Assembly: GCA_964057225.1 (NCBI GenBank)
Contig: OZ059895.1
Coordinates: 10,292,001-10,356,000 of the forward strand
Direction: 5' to 3'
Length of the DNA: 64,000 nt
From: Auanema rhodensis
Lineage: Eukaryota; Animalia; Nematoda
Part shown: piece by piece, positions 41,701 through 55,871 of the stretch
Numbering within the stretch: the stretch's first letter is position 1
How the letters are laid out: every line of letters starts with the position of its first letter
The notes under the pieces: generated by a model
The model's database searches: none
What the model was told of the DNA's origin: nothing
Seen by the model: only the letters and a program-made list of their open reading frames with translations
Program-made: the position numbers and the translations under genes

Positions 41701-44700
41701 TTATCATCAAACTGTCGATTTTCAGTTGCATAAGATGATGCACGTATTTCTAGGGCTAAAAATAAACATTTTAAAACTTTTAATTTTTCATAAAAATTGA
41801 ACAAAATAGCAACTTGAGCCCGCCGGAAAATATGATTAATATATTTCTCTGCTAACAAAACTTGTTTTACTTTTTTAATCAACTAATTCTCAGTTGAATG
41901 AGATGTAGCACGTACTTCTAGGACAAGAAATAAAATTTTTAGAATATTTATTTTTTCATAAAAATCAAACGAAATATCAAGTTGAACCGGCCGCAAAACA
42001 TGATTACTATGGATATATGCTTACAAAACCAAAATTATATTATCACATTGTCGCTTTTCAGTTGAATAAGATGATGCACGTATTTCTAGGGCTGAAAATA
42101 AACATTTTAAAATTTTTCATAAAAATCGAACAAAATAGCAACTTGAGCCCGCCGGAAAATATGATTAATATGGTTCTGTGCTAACAAAATTTGTTATAGC
42201 TTTTCAATCAACTAATTCTTAGTTAAATGAGATGTAGCACGTACTTCTAGGACAGGAAATAAAATTTGTAGAATATTTAATTTTTCATAAAAATCAAACG
42301 AAATATCAAGTTGAACCCACCGCAAAACATGATTACTATGGATATATGCTTACAAAACCTAATTTATATTATCAAATAGTTAATTTTGAGTTGAATGAGA
42401 TGTTGCATGTATTTCTAAGGCTAAAAATAAACATTTTTAAAATTTTAATTTTTCATAAAAATCGAACAAAATAGCAACTTGAGCCCGCCGGAAAATATGA
42501 TTAATATGGTTCTGTGCTAACAAAATTTGTTTTACTCTTTTTAATCAACTAATTCTCAGTTGAATGAGATGTAGCACGTACTTCTAGGACAAGAAATAAA
42601 ATTTTTAGAATATTTATTTTTTCATAAAAATCAAACGAAATAGCAAGTTGAACCCACCGCAAAACATGATTACTATGGATATATGCTTACAAAACCTAAT
42701 TCATATCATCTAACAGTTCATTCTGAGTTGAGTGAGATGTTGCCCGTAATGTTAAGACTGAAAAAAAAAGTAATACATTATTTAGTTTTTCTTAAAAATC
42801 GAACAAAATAGCAACTTGAGCCCGCCGGAAAATATGATTAATATATTTCTCTGCTAACAAAACTTGTTTTACTTTTTTAATCAACTAATTCTCAGTTGAA
42901 TGAGATGTAGCACGTACTTCTAGGACAAGGAATAAAATTTTTAGAATATTTATTTTTTCATAAAAATCAAACGAAATATCAAGTTGAACCGGCCGCAAAA
43001 CATGATTACTATGGATATATGCTTACAAAACCAAATTTTTATCATCAAACTGTCGATTTTCAGTTGCATAAGATGATGCACGTATTTCTAGGGCTAAAAA
43101 TAAACATTTTAAAACTTTTAATTTTTCATAAAAATTGAACAAAATAGCAACTTGAGCCCGCCGGAAAATATGATTAATATATTTCTCTGCTAACAAAACT
43201 TGTTTTACTTTTTTAATCAACTAATTCTCAGTTGAATGAGATGTAGCACGTACTTCTAGGACAAGAAATAAAATTTTTAGAATATTTATTTTTTCATAAA
43301 AATCAAACGAAATATCAAGTTGAACCGGCCGCAAAACATGATTACTATGGATATATGCTTACAAAACCAAATTTTTATTATCAAACTGTCGATTTTCAGT
43401 TGCATAAGATGATGCACGTATTTCTAGGGCTAAAAATAAACATTTTAAAACTTTTAATTTTTCATAAAAATTGAACAAAATAGCAACTTGAGCCCGCCGG
43501 AAAATATGATTAATATATTTCTCTGCTAACAAAACTTATTTTACTTTTTTAATCAACTAATTCTCAGTTGAATGAGATGTAGCACGTACTTCTAGGACAA
43601 GAAATAAATTTTTTAGAATATTTATTTTTTCATAAAAATCAAACGAAATAGCAAGTTGAACCTGCCGCAAAACATGATTACTATGGATATATGCTTACAA
43701 AACCAAAATTATATTATCACATTGTCGCTTTTCAGTTGAATAAGATGATGCACGTATTTCTAGGGCTGAAAATAAACATTTTAAAATTTTTCATAAAAAT
43801 CGAACAAAATAGCAACTTGAGCCCGCCGGAAAATATGATTAATATGGTTCTGTGCTAACAAAATTTGTTATAGCTTTTCAATCAACTAATTCTTAGTTAA
43901 ATGAGATGTAGCACGTACTTCTAGGACAGGAAATAAAATTTGTAGAATATTTAATTTTTCATAAAAATCAAACGAAATATCAAGTTGAACCCACCGCAAA
44001 ACATGATTACTATGGATATATGCTTACAAAACCTAATTTATATTATCAAATAGTTAATTTTGAGTTGAATGAGATGTTGCATGTACTTCTAGGGCTAAAA
44101 ATAAACATTTTAAAATTTTTAATTTTTCATAAAAATCGAACAAAATAGCAACTTGAGCCCGCCGGAAAATATGATTAATATGGTTCTGTGCTAACAAAAT
44201 TTGTTTTACTTTTTTAATCAACTAATTCTCAGTTGAATGAGATGTAGCACGTACTTCTAGGACAAGAAATAAAATTTTTAGAATATTTAATTTTTCATAA
44301 AAATCAAACGAAATAGCAAGTTGAACCCGCCGCAAAACATGATTACTATGGATATATGCTTACAAAACCAAAATTATTTTATCAAACTGTCGATTTTCAG
44401 TTGAATAAGATGATGCACGTATTTCTAGGGCTAAAAATAAACATTTTAAAATTTTTAATTTTTCATAAAAATCGAACAAAATAGCAACTTGAGCCCGCCG
44501 TAAAATATGATTAATATATTTCTCTGCTAACAAAATTTGTTTTTACTTTTTTTATCAACTAATTTTCAGTTGAATGAGATGTAGCACGTACTTCTAGGAC
44601 AAGAAATAAAATTTTTAGAATATTTCATTTTTCATAAAAATCAAACGAAATATCAAGTTGAACCGGCCGCAAAACATGATTACTATGGATATATGCTTAC

Positions 44701-47700
44701 AAAACCAAATTTTTATTATCAAACTGTCCATTTTCAGTTGCATAAGATGACGCACGTATTTCTAGGGCTAAAAATAAACATTTTAAAACTTTTAATTTTT
44801 CATAAAAATTGAACAAAATAGCAACTTGAGCCCGCCGGAGAATATGATTAATATATTTCTGTGCTAACAAAAATTGTTTTACTCTTTTTAATCAACTAAT
44901 TCTTAGTTAAATGAGATGTAGCACGTACTTCTAGGACAGGAAATAAAATTTGTAGAATATTTAATTTTTCATAAAAATCAAACGAAATATCAAGTTGAAC
45001 CCACCGCAAAACATGATTACTATGGATATATGCTTACAAAACCTAATTTATATTATCAAATAGTTAATTTTGAGTTGAATGAGATGTTGCATGTACTTCT
45101 AGGGCTAAAAATAAACATTTTAAAATTTTTAATTTTTCATAAAAATCGAACAAAATAGCAACTTGAGCCCGCCGGAAAATATGATTAATATGGTTCTGTG
45201 CTAACAAAATTTGTTTTACTTTTTTAATCAACTAATTCTCAGTTGAATGAGATGTAGCACGTACTTCTAGGACAAGAAATAAAATTTTTAGAATATTTAA
45301 TTTTTCATAAAAATCAAACGAAATAGCAAGTTGAACCCGCCGCAAAACATGATTACTATGGATATATGCTTACAAAACCAAAATTATTTTATCAAACTGT
45401 CGATTTTCAGTTGAATAAGATGATGCACGTATTTCTAGGGCTAAAAATAAACATTTTAAAATTTTTAATTTTTCATAAAAATCGAACAAAATAGCAACTT
45501 GAGCCCGCCGGAGAATATGATTAATATATTTCTGTGCTAACAAAAATTGTTTTACTCTTTTTAATCAACTAATTCTCAGTTGAATGAGATGTAGCACGTA
45601 CTTCTAGGACAAGAAATAAATTTTTTAGAATATTTATTTTTTCATAAAAATCAAACGAAATAGCAAGTTGAACCTGCCGCAAAACATGATTACTATGGAT
45701 ATATGCTTACAAAACCAAAATTATATTATCACATTGTCGCTTTTCAGTTGAATAAGATGATGCACGTATTTCTAGGGCTGAAAATAAACATTTTAAAATT
45801 TTTCATAAAAATCGAACAAAATAGCAACTTGAGCCCGCCGGAAAATATGATTAATATGGTTCTGTGCTAACAAAATTTGTTATAGCTTTTCAATCAACTA
45901 ATTCTTAGTTAAATGAGATGTAGCACGTACTTCTAGGACAGGAAATAAAATTTGTAGAATATTTAATTTTTCATAAAAATCAAACGAAATATCAAGTTGA
46001 ACCCACCGCAAAACATGATTACTATGGATATATGCTTACAAAACCTAATTTATATTATCAAATAGTTAATTTTGAGTTGAATGAGATGTTGCATGTATTT
46101 CTAAGGCTAAAAATAAACATTTTTAAAATTTTAATTTTTCATAAAAATCGAACAAAATAGCAACTTGAGCCCGCCGGAAAATATGATTAATATGGTTCTG
46201 TGCTAACAAAATTTGTTTTACTCTTTTTAATCAACTAATTCTCAGTTGAATGAGATGTAGCACGTACTTCTAGGACAAGAAATAAAATTTTTAGAATATT
46301 TATTTTTTCATAAAAATCAAACGAAATAGCAAGTTGAACCCACCGCAAAACATGATTACTATGGATATATGCTTACAAAACCTAATTCATATCATCTAAC
46401 AGTTCATTCTGAGTTGAGTGAGATGTTGCCCGTAATGTTAAGACTGAAAAAAAAAGTAATACATTATTTAGTTTTTCTTAAAAATCGAACAAAATAGCAA
46501 CTTGAGCCCGCCGGAAAATATGATTAATATATTTCTCTGCTAACAAAACTTGTTTTACTTTTTTAATCAACTAATTCTCAGTTGAATGAGATGTAGCACG
46601 TACTTCTAGGACAAGGAATAAAATTTTTAGAATATTTATTTTTTCATAAAAATCAAACGAAATATCAAGTTGAACCGGCCGCAAAACATGATTACTATGG
46701 ATATATGCTTACAAAACCAAATTTTTATCATCAAACTGTCGATTTTCAGTTGCATAAGATGATGCACGTATTTCTAGGGCTAAAAATAAACATTTTAAAA
46801 CTTTTAATTTTTCATAAAAATTGAACAAAATAGCAACTTGAGCCCGCCGGAAAATATGATTAATATATTTCTCTGCTAACAAAACTTGTTTTACTTTTTT
46901 AATCAACTAATTCTCAGTTGAATGAGATGTAGCACGTACTTCTAGGACAAGAAATAAAATTTTTAGAATATTTATTTTTTCATAAAAATCAAACGAAATA
47001 TCAAGTTGAACCGGCCGCAAAACATGATTACTATGGATATATGCTTACAAAACCAAATTTTTATTATCAAACTGTCGATTTTCAGTTGCATAAGATGATG
47101 CACGTATTTCTAGGGCTAAAAATAAACATTTTAAAACTTTTAATTTTTCATAAAAATTGAACAAAATAGCAACTTGAGCCCGCCGGAAAATATGATTAAT
47201 ATATTTCTCTGCTAACAAAACTTGTTTTACTTTTTTAATCAACTAATTCTCAGTTGAATGAGATGTAGCACGTACTTCTAGGACAAGAAATAAATTTTTT
47301 AGAATATTTATTTTTTCATAAAAATCAAACGAAATAGCAAGTTGAACCTGCCGCAAAACATGATTACTATGGATATATGCTTACAAAACCAAAATTATAT
47401 TATCACATTGTCGCTTTTCAGTTGAATAAGATGATGCACGTATTTCTAGGGCTGAAAATAAACATTTTAAAATTTTTCATAAAAATCGAACAAAATAGCA
47501 ACTTGAGCCCGCCGGAAAATATGATTAATATGGTTCTGTGCTAACAAAATTTGTTATAGCTTTTCAATCAACTAATTCTTAGTTAAATGAGATGTAGCAC
47601 GTACTTCTAGGACAGGAAATAAAATTTGTAGAATATTTAATTTTTCATAAAAATCAAACGAAATATCAAGTTGAACCCACCGCAAAACATGATTACTATG

Positions 47701-50700
47701 GATATATGCTTACAAAACCTAATTTATATTATCAAATAGTTAATTTTGAGTTGAATGAGATGTTGCATGTACTTCTAGGGCTAAAAATAAACATTTTAAA
47801 ATTTTTAATTTTTCATAAAAATCGAACAAAATAGCAACTTGAGCCCGCCGGAAAATATGATTAATATGGTTCTGTGCTAACAAAATTTGTTTTACTTTTT
47901 TAATCAACTAATTCTCAGTTGAATGAGATGTAGCACGTACTTCTAGGACAAGAAATAAAATTTTTAGAATATTTAATTTTTCATAAAAATCAAACGAAAT
48001 AGCAAGTTGAACCCGCCGCAAAACATGATTACTATGGATATATGCTTACAAAACCAAAATTATTTTATCAAACTGTCGATTTTCAGTTGAATAAGATGAT
48101 GCACGTATTTCTAGGGCTAAAAATAAACATTTTAAAATTTTTAATTTTTCATAAAAATCGAACAAAATAGCAACTTGAGCCCGCCGTAAAATATGATTAA
48201 TATATTTCTCTGCTAACAAAATTTGTTTTTACTTTTTTTATCAACTAATTTTCAGTTGAATGAGATGTAGCACGTACTTCTAGGACAAGAAATAAAATTT
48301 TTAGAATATTTCATTTTTCATAAAAATCAAACGAAATATCAAGTTGAACCCACCGCAAAACATGATTACTATGGATATATGCTTACAAAACCTAAATTAT
48401 ATTGTCAAATAGTAAATTTTGAGTTGAATGAGATGTTGCACGTATTTCTAGGGCTAAAAATAAACATTTTTAAAATTTTAATTTTTCATAAAAATCGAAC
48501 AAAATAGCAACTTGAGCCCGCCGGAAAATATGATTAATATGGTTCTGTGCTAACAAAATTTGTTTTACTCTTTTTAATCAACTAATTCTCAGTTGAATGA
48601 GATGTAGAACGTACTTCTAGGACAAGAAATAAAATTTTTAGAATATTTATTTTTTCATAAAAATCAAACGAAATATCAAGTTGAACCCGCCGCAAAACAT
48701 GATTACTATGGATATATGCTTACAAAACCTAATTCATATCATCTAACAGTTCATTCTGAGTTGAGTGAGATGTTGCCCGTAATGTTAAGACTGAAAATAA
48801 AAGTAATACATTATTTAGTTTTTCTTAAAAATCGAACAAAATAGCAACTTGAGCCTGCCGGAAAATATGATTAATATATTTCTCTGCTAACAAAACTTGT
48901 TTTACTTTTTTAATCAACTAATTCTCAGTTGAATGAGATGTAGCACGTACTTCTAGGACAAGAAATAAAATTTTTAGAATATTTATTTTTTCATAAAAAT
49001 CAAACGAAATATCAAGTTGAACCGGCCGCAAAACATGATTACTATGGATATATGCTTACAAAACCAAATTTTTATCATCAAACTGTCGATTTTCAGTTGC
49101 ATAAGATGATGCACGTATTTCTAGGGCTAAAAATAAACATTTTAAAACTTTTAATTTTTCATAAAAATTGAACAAAATAGCAACTTGAGCCCGCCGGAAA
49201 ATATGATTAATATATTTCTCTGCTAACAAAACTTGTTTTACTTTTTTAATCAACTAATTCTCAGTTGAATGAGATGTAGCACGTACTTCTAGGACAAGAA
49301 ATAAAATTTTTAGAATATTTATTTTTTCATAAAAATCAAACGAAATATCAAGTTGAACCGGCCGCAAAACATGATTACTATGGATATATGCTTACAAAAC
49401 CAAATTTTTATTATCAAACTGTCGATTTTCAGTTGCATAAGATGATGCACGTATTTCTAGGGCTAAAAATAAACATTTTAAAACTTTTAATTTTTCATAA
49501 AAATTGAACAAAATAGCAACTTGAGCCCGCCGGAAAATATGATTAATATATTTCTCTGCTAACAAAACTTGTTTTACTCTTTTTAATCAACTAATTCTCA
49601 GTTGAATGAGATGTAGCACGTACTTCTAGGACAAGAAATAAAATTTTTAGAATATTTATTTTTTCATAAAAATCAAACGAAATATCAAGTTGAACCGGCC
49701 GCAAAACATGATTACTATGGATATATGCTTACAAAACCAAAATTATATTATCACATTGTCGCTTTTCAGTTGAATAAGATGATGCACGTATTTCTAGGGC
49801 TGAAAATAAACATTTTAAAATTTTTCATAAAAATCGAACAAAATAGCAACTTGAGCCCGCCGGAAAATATGATTAATATGGTTCTGTGCTAACAAAATTT
49901 GTTATAGCTTTTCAATCAACTAATTCTTAGTTAAATGAGATGTAGCACGTACTTCTAGGACAGGAAATAAAATTTGTAGAATATTTAATTTTTCATAAAA
50001 ATCAAACGAAATATCAAGTTGAACCCACCGCAAAACATGATTACTATGGATATATGCTTACAAAACCTAATTTATATTATCAAATAGTTAATTTTGAGTT
50101 GAATGAGATGTTGCATGTATTTCTAAGGCTAAAAATAAACATTTTTAAAATTTTAATTTTTCATAAAAATCGAACAAAATAGCAACTTGAGCCCGCCGGA
50201 AAATATGATTAATATGGTTCTGTGCTAACAAAATTTGTTTTACTCTTTTTAATCAACTAATTCTCAGTTGAATGAGATGTAGCACGTACTTCTAGGACAA
50301 GAAATAAAATTTTTAGAATATTTATTTTTTCATAAAAATCAAACGAAATAGCAAGTTGAACCCACCGCAAAACATGATTACTATGGATATATGCTTACAA
50401 AACCTAATTCATATCATCTAACAGTTCATTCTGAGTTGAGTGAGATGTTGCCCGTAATGTTAAGACTGAAAAAAAAAGTAATACATTATTTAGTTTTTCT
50501 TAAAAATCGAACAAAATAGCAACTTGAGCCCGCCGGAAAATATGATTAATATATTTCTCTGCTAACAAAACTTGTTTTACTTTTTTAATCAACTAATTCT
50601 CAGTTGAATGAGATGTAGCACGTACTTCTAGGACAAGGAATAAAATTTTTAGAATATTTATTTTTTCATAAAAATCAAACGAAATATCAAGTTGAACCGG

Positions 50701-53200
50701 CCGCAAAACATGATTACTATGGATATATGCTTACAAAACCAAATTTTTATCATCAAACTGTCGATTTTCAGTTGCATAAGATGATGCACGTATTTCTAGG
50801 GCTAAAAATAAACATTTTAAAACTTTTAATTTTTCATAAAAATTGAACAAAATAGCAACTTGAGCCCGCCGGAAAATATGATTAATATATTTCTCTGCTA
50901 ACAAAACTTGTTTTACTTTTTTAATCAACTAATTCTCAGTTGAATGAGATGTAGCACGTACTTCTAGGACAAGAAATAAAATTTTTAGAATATTTATTTT
51001 TTCATAAAAATCAAACGAAATATCAAGTTGAACCGGCCGCAAAACATGATTACTATGGATATATGCTTACAAAACCAAATTTTTATTATCAAACTGTCGA
51101 TTTTCAGTTGCATAAGATGATGCACGTATTTCTAGGGCTAAAAATAAACATTTTAAAACTTTTAATTTTTCATAAAAATTGAACAAAATAGCAACTTGAG
51201 CCCGCCGGAAAATATGATTAATATATTTCTCTGCTAACAAAACTTGTTTTACTTTTTTAATCAACTAATTCTCAGTTGAATGAGATGTAGCACGTACTTC
51301 TAGGACAAGAAATAAATTTTTTAGAATATTTATTTTTTCATAAAAATCAAACGAAATAGCAAGTTGAACCTGCCGCAAAACATGATTACTATGGATATAT
51401 GCTTACAAAACCAAAATTATATTATCACATTGTCGCTTTTCAGTTGAATAAGATGATGCACGTATTTCTAGGGCTGAAAATAAACATTTTAAAATTTTTC
51501 ATAAAAATCGAACAAAATAGCAACTTGAGCCCGCCGGAAAATATGATTAATATGGTTCTGTGCTAACAAAATTTGTTATAGCTTTTCAATCAACTAATTC
51601 TTAGTTAAATGAGATGTAGCACGTACTTCTAGGACAGGAAATAAAATTTGTAGAATATTTAATTTTTCATAAAAATCAAACGAAATATCAAGTTGAACCC
51701 ACCGCAAAACATGATTACTATGGATATATGCTTACAAAACCTAATTTATATTATCAAATAGTTAATTTTGAGTTGAATGAGATGTTGCATGTACTTCTAG
51801 GGCTAAAAATAAACATTTTAAAATTTTTAATTTTTCATAAAAATCGAACAAAATAGCAACTTGAGCCCGCCGGAAAATATGATTAATATGGTTCTGTGCT
51901 AACAAAATTTGTTTTACTTTTTTAATCAACTAATTCTCAGTTGAATGAGATGTAGCACGTACTTCTAGGACAAGAAATAAAATTTTTAGAATATTTAATT
52001 TTTCATAAAAATCAAACGAAATAGCAAGTTGAACCCGCCGCAAAACATGATTACTATGGATATATGCTTACAAAACCAAAATTATTTTATCAAACTGTCG
52101 ATTTTCAGTTGAATAAGATGATGCACGTATTTCTAGGGCTAAAAATAAACATTTTAAAATTTTTAATTTTTCATAAAAATTGAACAAAATAGCAACTTGA
52201 GCCCGCCGGAAAATATGATTAATATATTTCTCTGCTAACAAAACTTGTTTTACTTTTTTAATCAACTAATTCTCAGTTGAATGAGATGTAGCACGTACTT
52301 CTAGGACAAGAAATAAAATTTTTAGAATATTTATTTTTTCATAAAAATCAAACGAAATATCAAGTTGAACCCGCCGCAAAACATGATTACTATGGATATA
52401 TGCTTACAAAACCTAATTCATATCATCTAACAGTTCATTCTGAGTTGAGTGAGATGTTGCCCGTAATGTTAAGACTGAAAATAAAAGTAATACATTATTT
52501 AGTTTTTCTTAAAAATCGAACAAAATAGCAACTTGAGCCTGCCGGAAAATATGATTAATATATTTCTCTGCTAACAAAACTTGTTTTACTTTTTTAATCA
52601 ACTAATTCTCAGTTGAATGAGATGTAGCACGTACTTCTAGGACAAGAAATAAAATTTTTAGAATATTTATTTTTTCATAAAAATCAAACGAAATATCAAG
52701 TTGAACCGGCCGCAAAACATGATTACTATGGATATATGCTTACAAAACCAAATTTTTATCATCAAACTGTCGATTTTCAGTTGCATAAGATGATGCACGT
52801 ATTTCTAGGGCTAAAAATAAACATTTTAAAACTTTTAATTTTTCATAAAAATTGAACAAAATAGCAACTTGAGCCCGCCGGAAAATATGATTAATATATT
52901 TCTCTGCTAACAAAACTTGTTTTACTTTTTTAATCAACTAATTCTCAGTTGAATGAGATGTAGCACGTACTTCTAGGACAAGAAATAAAATTTTTAGAAT
53001 ATTTATTTTTTCATAAAAATCAAACGAAATATCAAGTTGAACCGGCCGCAAAACATGATTACTATGGATATATGCTTACAAAACCAAATTTTTATTATCA
53101 AACTGTCGATTTTCAGTTGCATAAGATGATGCACGTATTTCTAGGGCTAAAAATAAACATTTTAAAACTTTTAATTTTTCATAAAAATTGAACAAAATAG
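29780..53200. repeat. Central HOR domain based on a 4022-bp (12-dimer) unit with length variants
   Basis: CTG(A9)GTAA marker at 31021, 36389, 38401, 42759, 46445, 50467; TAGAACGTAC at 33181, 40561, 48605 (offsets 7380, 8044); ORF-track offsets of 4022, 7380 and 8044. Confidence 0.88.
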
Positions 53201-55871
53201 CAACTTGAGCCCGCCGGAAAATATGATTAATATAATTCTGTGCTAACAAAATTTGTTTTACTCTTTTTAATCAACTAATTCTCAGTTGAATGAGATGTAG
53301 CACGTACTTCTAGGACAAGAAATAAAATTTTTAGAATATTTATTTTTTCATAAAAATCAAACGAAATAGCAAGTTCAGCCCGCCGCAAAACATGATTACT
53401 ATGGATATATGCTTACAAAACCTAATTTATATTGTCAAATAGTAAATTTTGAGTTGACTAAGATGATGCACGTATTTCTAGGGCTGAAAATAAACATTTT
53501 AAAACTTTTAATTTTTCATAAAAATTGAACAAAATAGCAACTTGAGCCCGCCGGAAAATATGATTAATATATTTCTCTGCTAACAAAACTTGTTTTACTT
53601 TCTTAATCAACTAATTCTCAGTTGAATGAGATGTAGCACGTACTTCTAGGACAAGAAATAAAATTTTTAGAATATTTATTTTTTCATAAAAATCAAACGA
53701 AATAGCAAGTTGAACCGGCCGCAAAACATGATTACTACGGATATATGCTTACAAAACCAAATTTGTATTATAAAACTGTCGATTTTCAGTTGACTAAGAT
53801 GATGCACGTATTTCTAGGGCTGAAAATAAACATTTTAAAACTTTTAATTTTTCATAAAAATTGAACAAAATAGCAACTTGAGCCCGCCGGAAAATATGAT
53901 TAATATATTTCTAAGCTAACAAAATTTGTTTAACTTTTTTAATCAACTAATTTTCAGTTGGATGAGATGTAGCACGTACTTCTAGGACAAGAAATAAAAT
54001 TTTTAGGATATTTAATTTTTCATAAAAATCAAACGAAATAGCAAGTTGAACCTGCCGCAAAACATGATTACTATGGATATATGCTTACAAAACCAAAATT
54101 ATATTATCACATTGTCGATTTTCAGTTGAATAAGATGATGCACGTATTTCTAGGGCTAAAAATAAACATTTTAAAATTTTTAATTTTTCATAAAAATCGA
54201 ACAAAATAGCAACTTGAGCCCGCCGGAAAATATGATTAATATGTTTCTGTGCTAACAAAATTTGTTTTATCTTTTTAGACAACTAGTTCTTAGTCGAATG
54301 AGATGTAGCACGTACTTCTAGGACAAGAAATAAAATTTTTAGAATTTTTAATTTTTCATAAAAATCAAACGAAATAGCAAGTTCAGCCCGCCGCAAAACA
54401 TGATTACTATGGATATATGCTTACAAAACCTAATTTATATTGTCAAATAGTAAATTTTGAGTTGAATGAGATGTTGCACGTATTTCTAAGGCTAAAAATA
54501 AGCATTTAAAAAATTTTAATTTTTCATAAAAATCGAACAAAATAGCAACTTGAGCCCGCCGGAAAATATGATTAATATGGTTCTGTGCTAACAAAATTTG
54601 TTATAGCTTTTCAATCAACTAATTCTTAGTTAAATGAGATGTAGCACGTACTTCTAGGACAGGAAATAAAATTTGTAGAATATTTAATTTTTCATAAAAA
54701 TCAAACGAAATAGCAAGTTCAGCCCGCCGCAAAACATGATTACTATGGATATATGCTTACAAAACCTAATTTATATTATCAAATAGTTAATTTTGAGTTG
54801 AATGAGATGTTGCACGTATTTCTAGGGCTAAAAATAAACATTTTAAAATTTTTAATTTTTCATAAAAATCGAACAAAATAGCAACTTGAGCCCGCCGGAA
54901 AATATGATTAATATGGTTCTGTGCTAACAAAATTTGTTATAGCTTTTCAATCAACTAATTCTTAGTTAAATGAGATGTAGCACGTACTTCTAGGACAGGA
55001 AATAAAATTTGTAGAATATTTAATTTTTCATAAAAATCAAACGAAATATCAAGTTGAACCCACCGCAAAACATGATTACTATGGATATATGCTTACAAAA
55101 CCTAATTTATATTATCAAATAGTTAATTTTGAGTTGAATGAGATGTTGCACGTATTTCTAGGGCTAAAAATAAACATTTAAAAAATTTTAATTTTTCATA
55201 AAAATCGAACAAAATAGCAACTTGAGCCCGCCGGAAAATATGATTAATATGGTTCTGTGCTAACAAAATTTGTTATACCTTTTCAAGCAACTAATTCTTA
55301 GTTAAATGAGATGTAGCACGTACTTCTAGGACAAGAAATAAAATTTGTAGAATATTTAATTTTTCATAAAAATCAAACGAAATATCAAGTTGAACCCACC
55401 GCAAAACATGATTACTATGGATATATGCTTACAAAACCTAATTCATATCATCCAACAGTTCATTCTGAGTTAAGTGAGATGTTGCCCGTAATGTTAAGAC
55501 TGAAAATAAAAGTAATACATTATTTAGTTTTTCTTAAAAATCGAACAAAATAGCAACTTGAGCCCGCCGTAAAATATGATTAATATATTTCTCTGCTAAC
55601 AAAATTTGTTTTACTTTTTTAATCAACTAGTTCTTAGTCGAATGAGATGTAGCACGTACTTCTAGGACAAGAAATAAAATTTTTAGAATTTTTAAAAATT
55701 TCATAAAAATCAAACGAAATAGCAAGTTGAACCGGCCGCAAAACATGATTACTATGGATATATGCTTACAAAACCTAATTTATATTATCAAATAGTTAAT
55801 TTTGAGTTGAATGAGATGTTGCACGTATTTCTAGGGCTAAAAATAAACATTTAAAAAATTTTAATTTTTCA

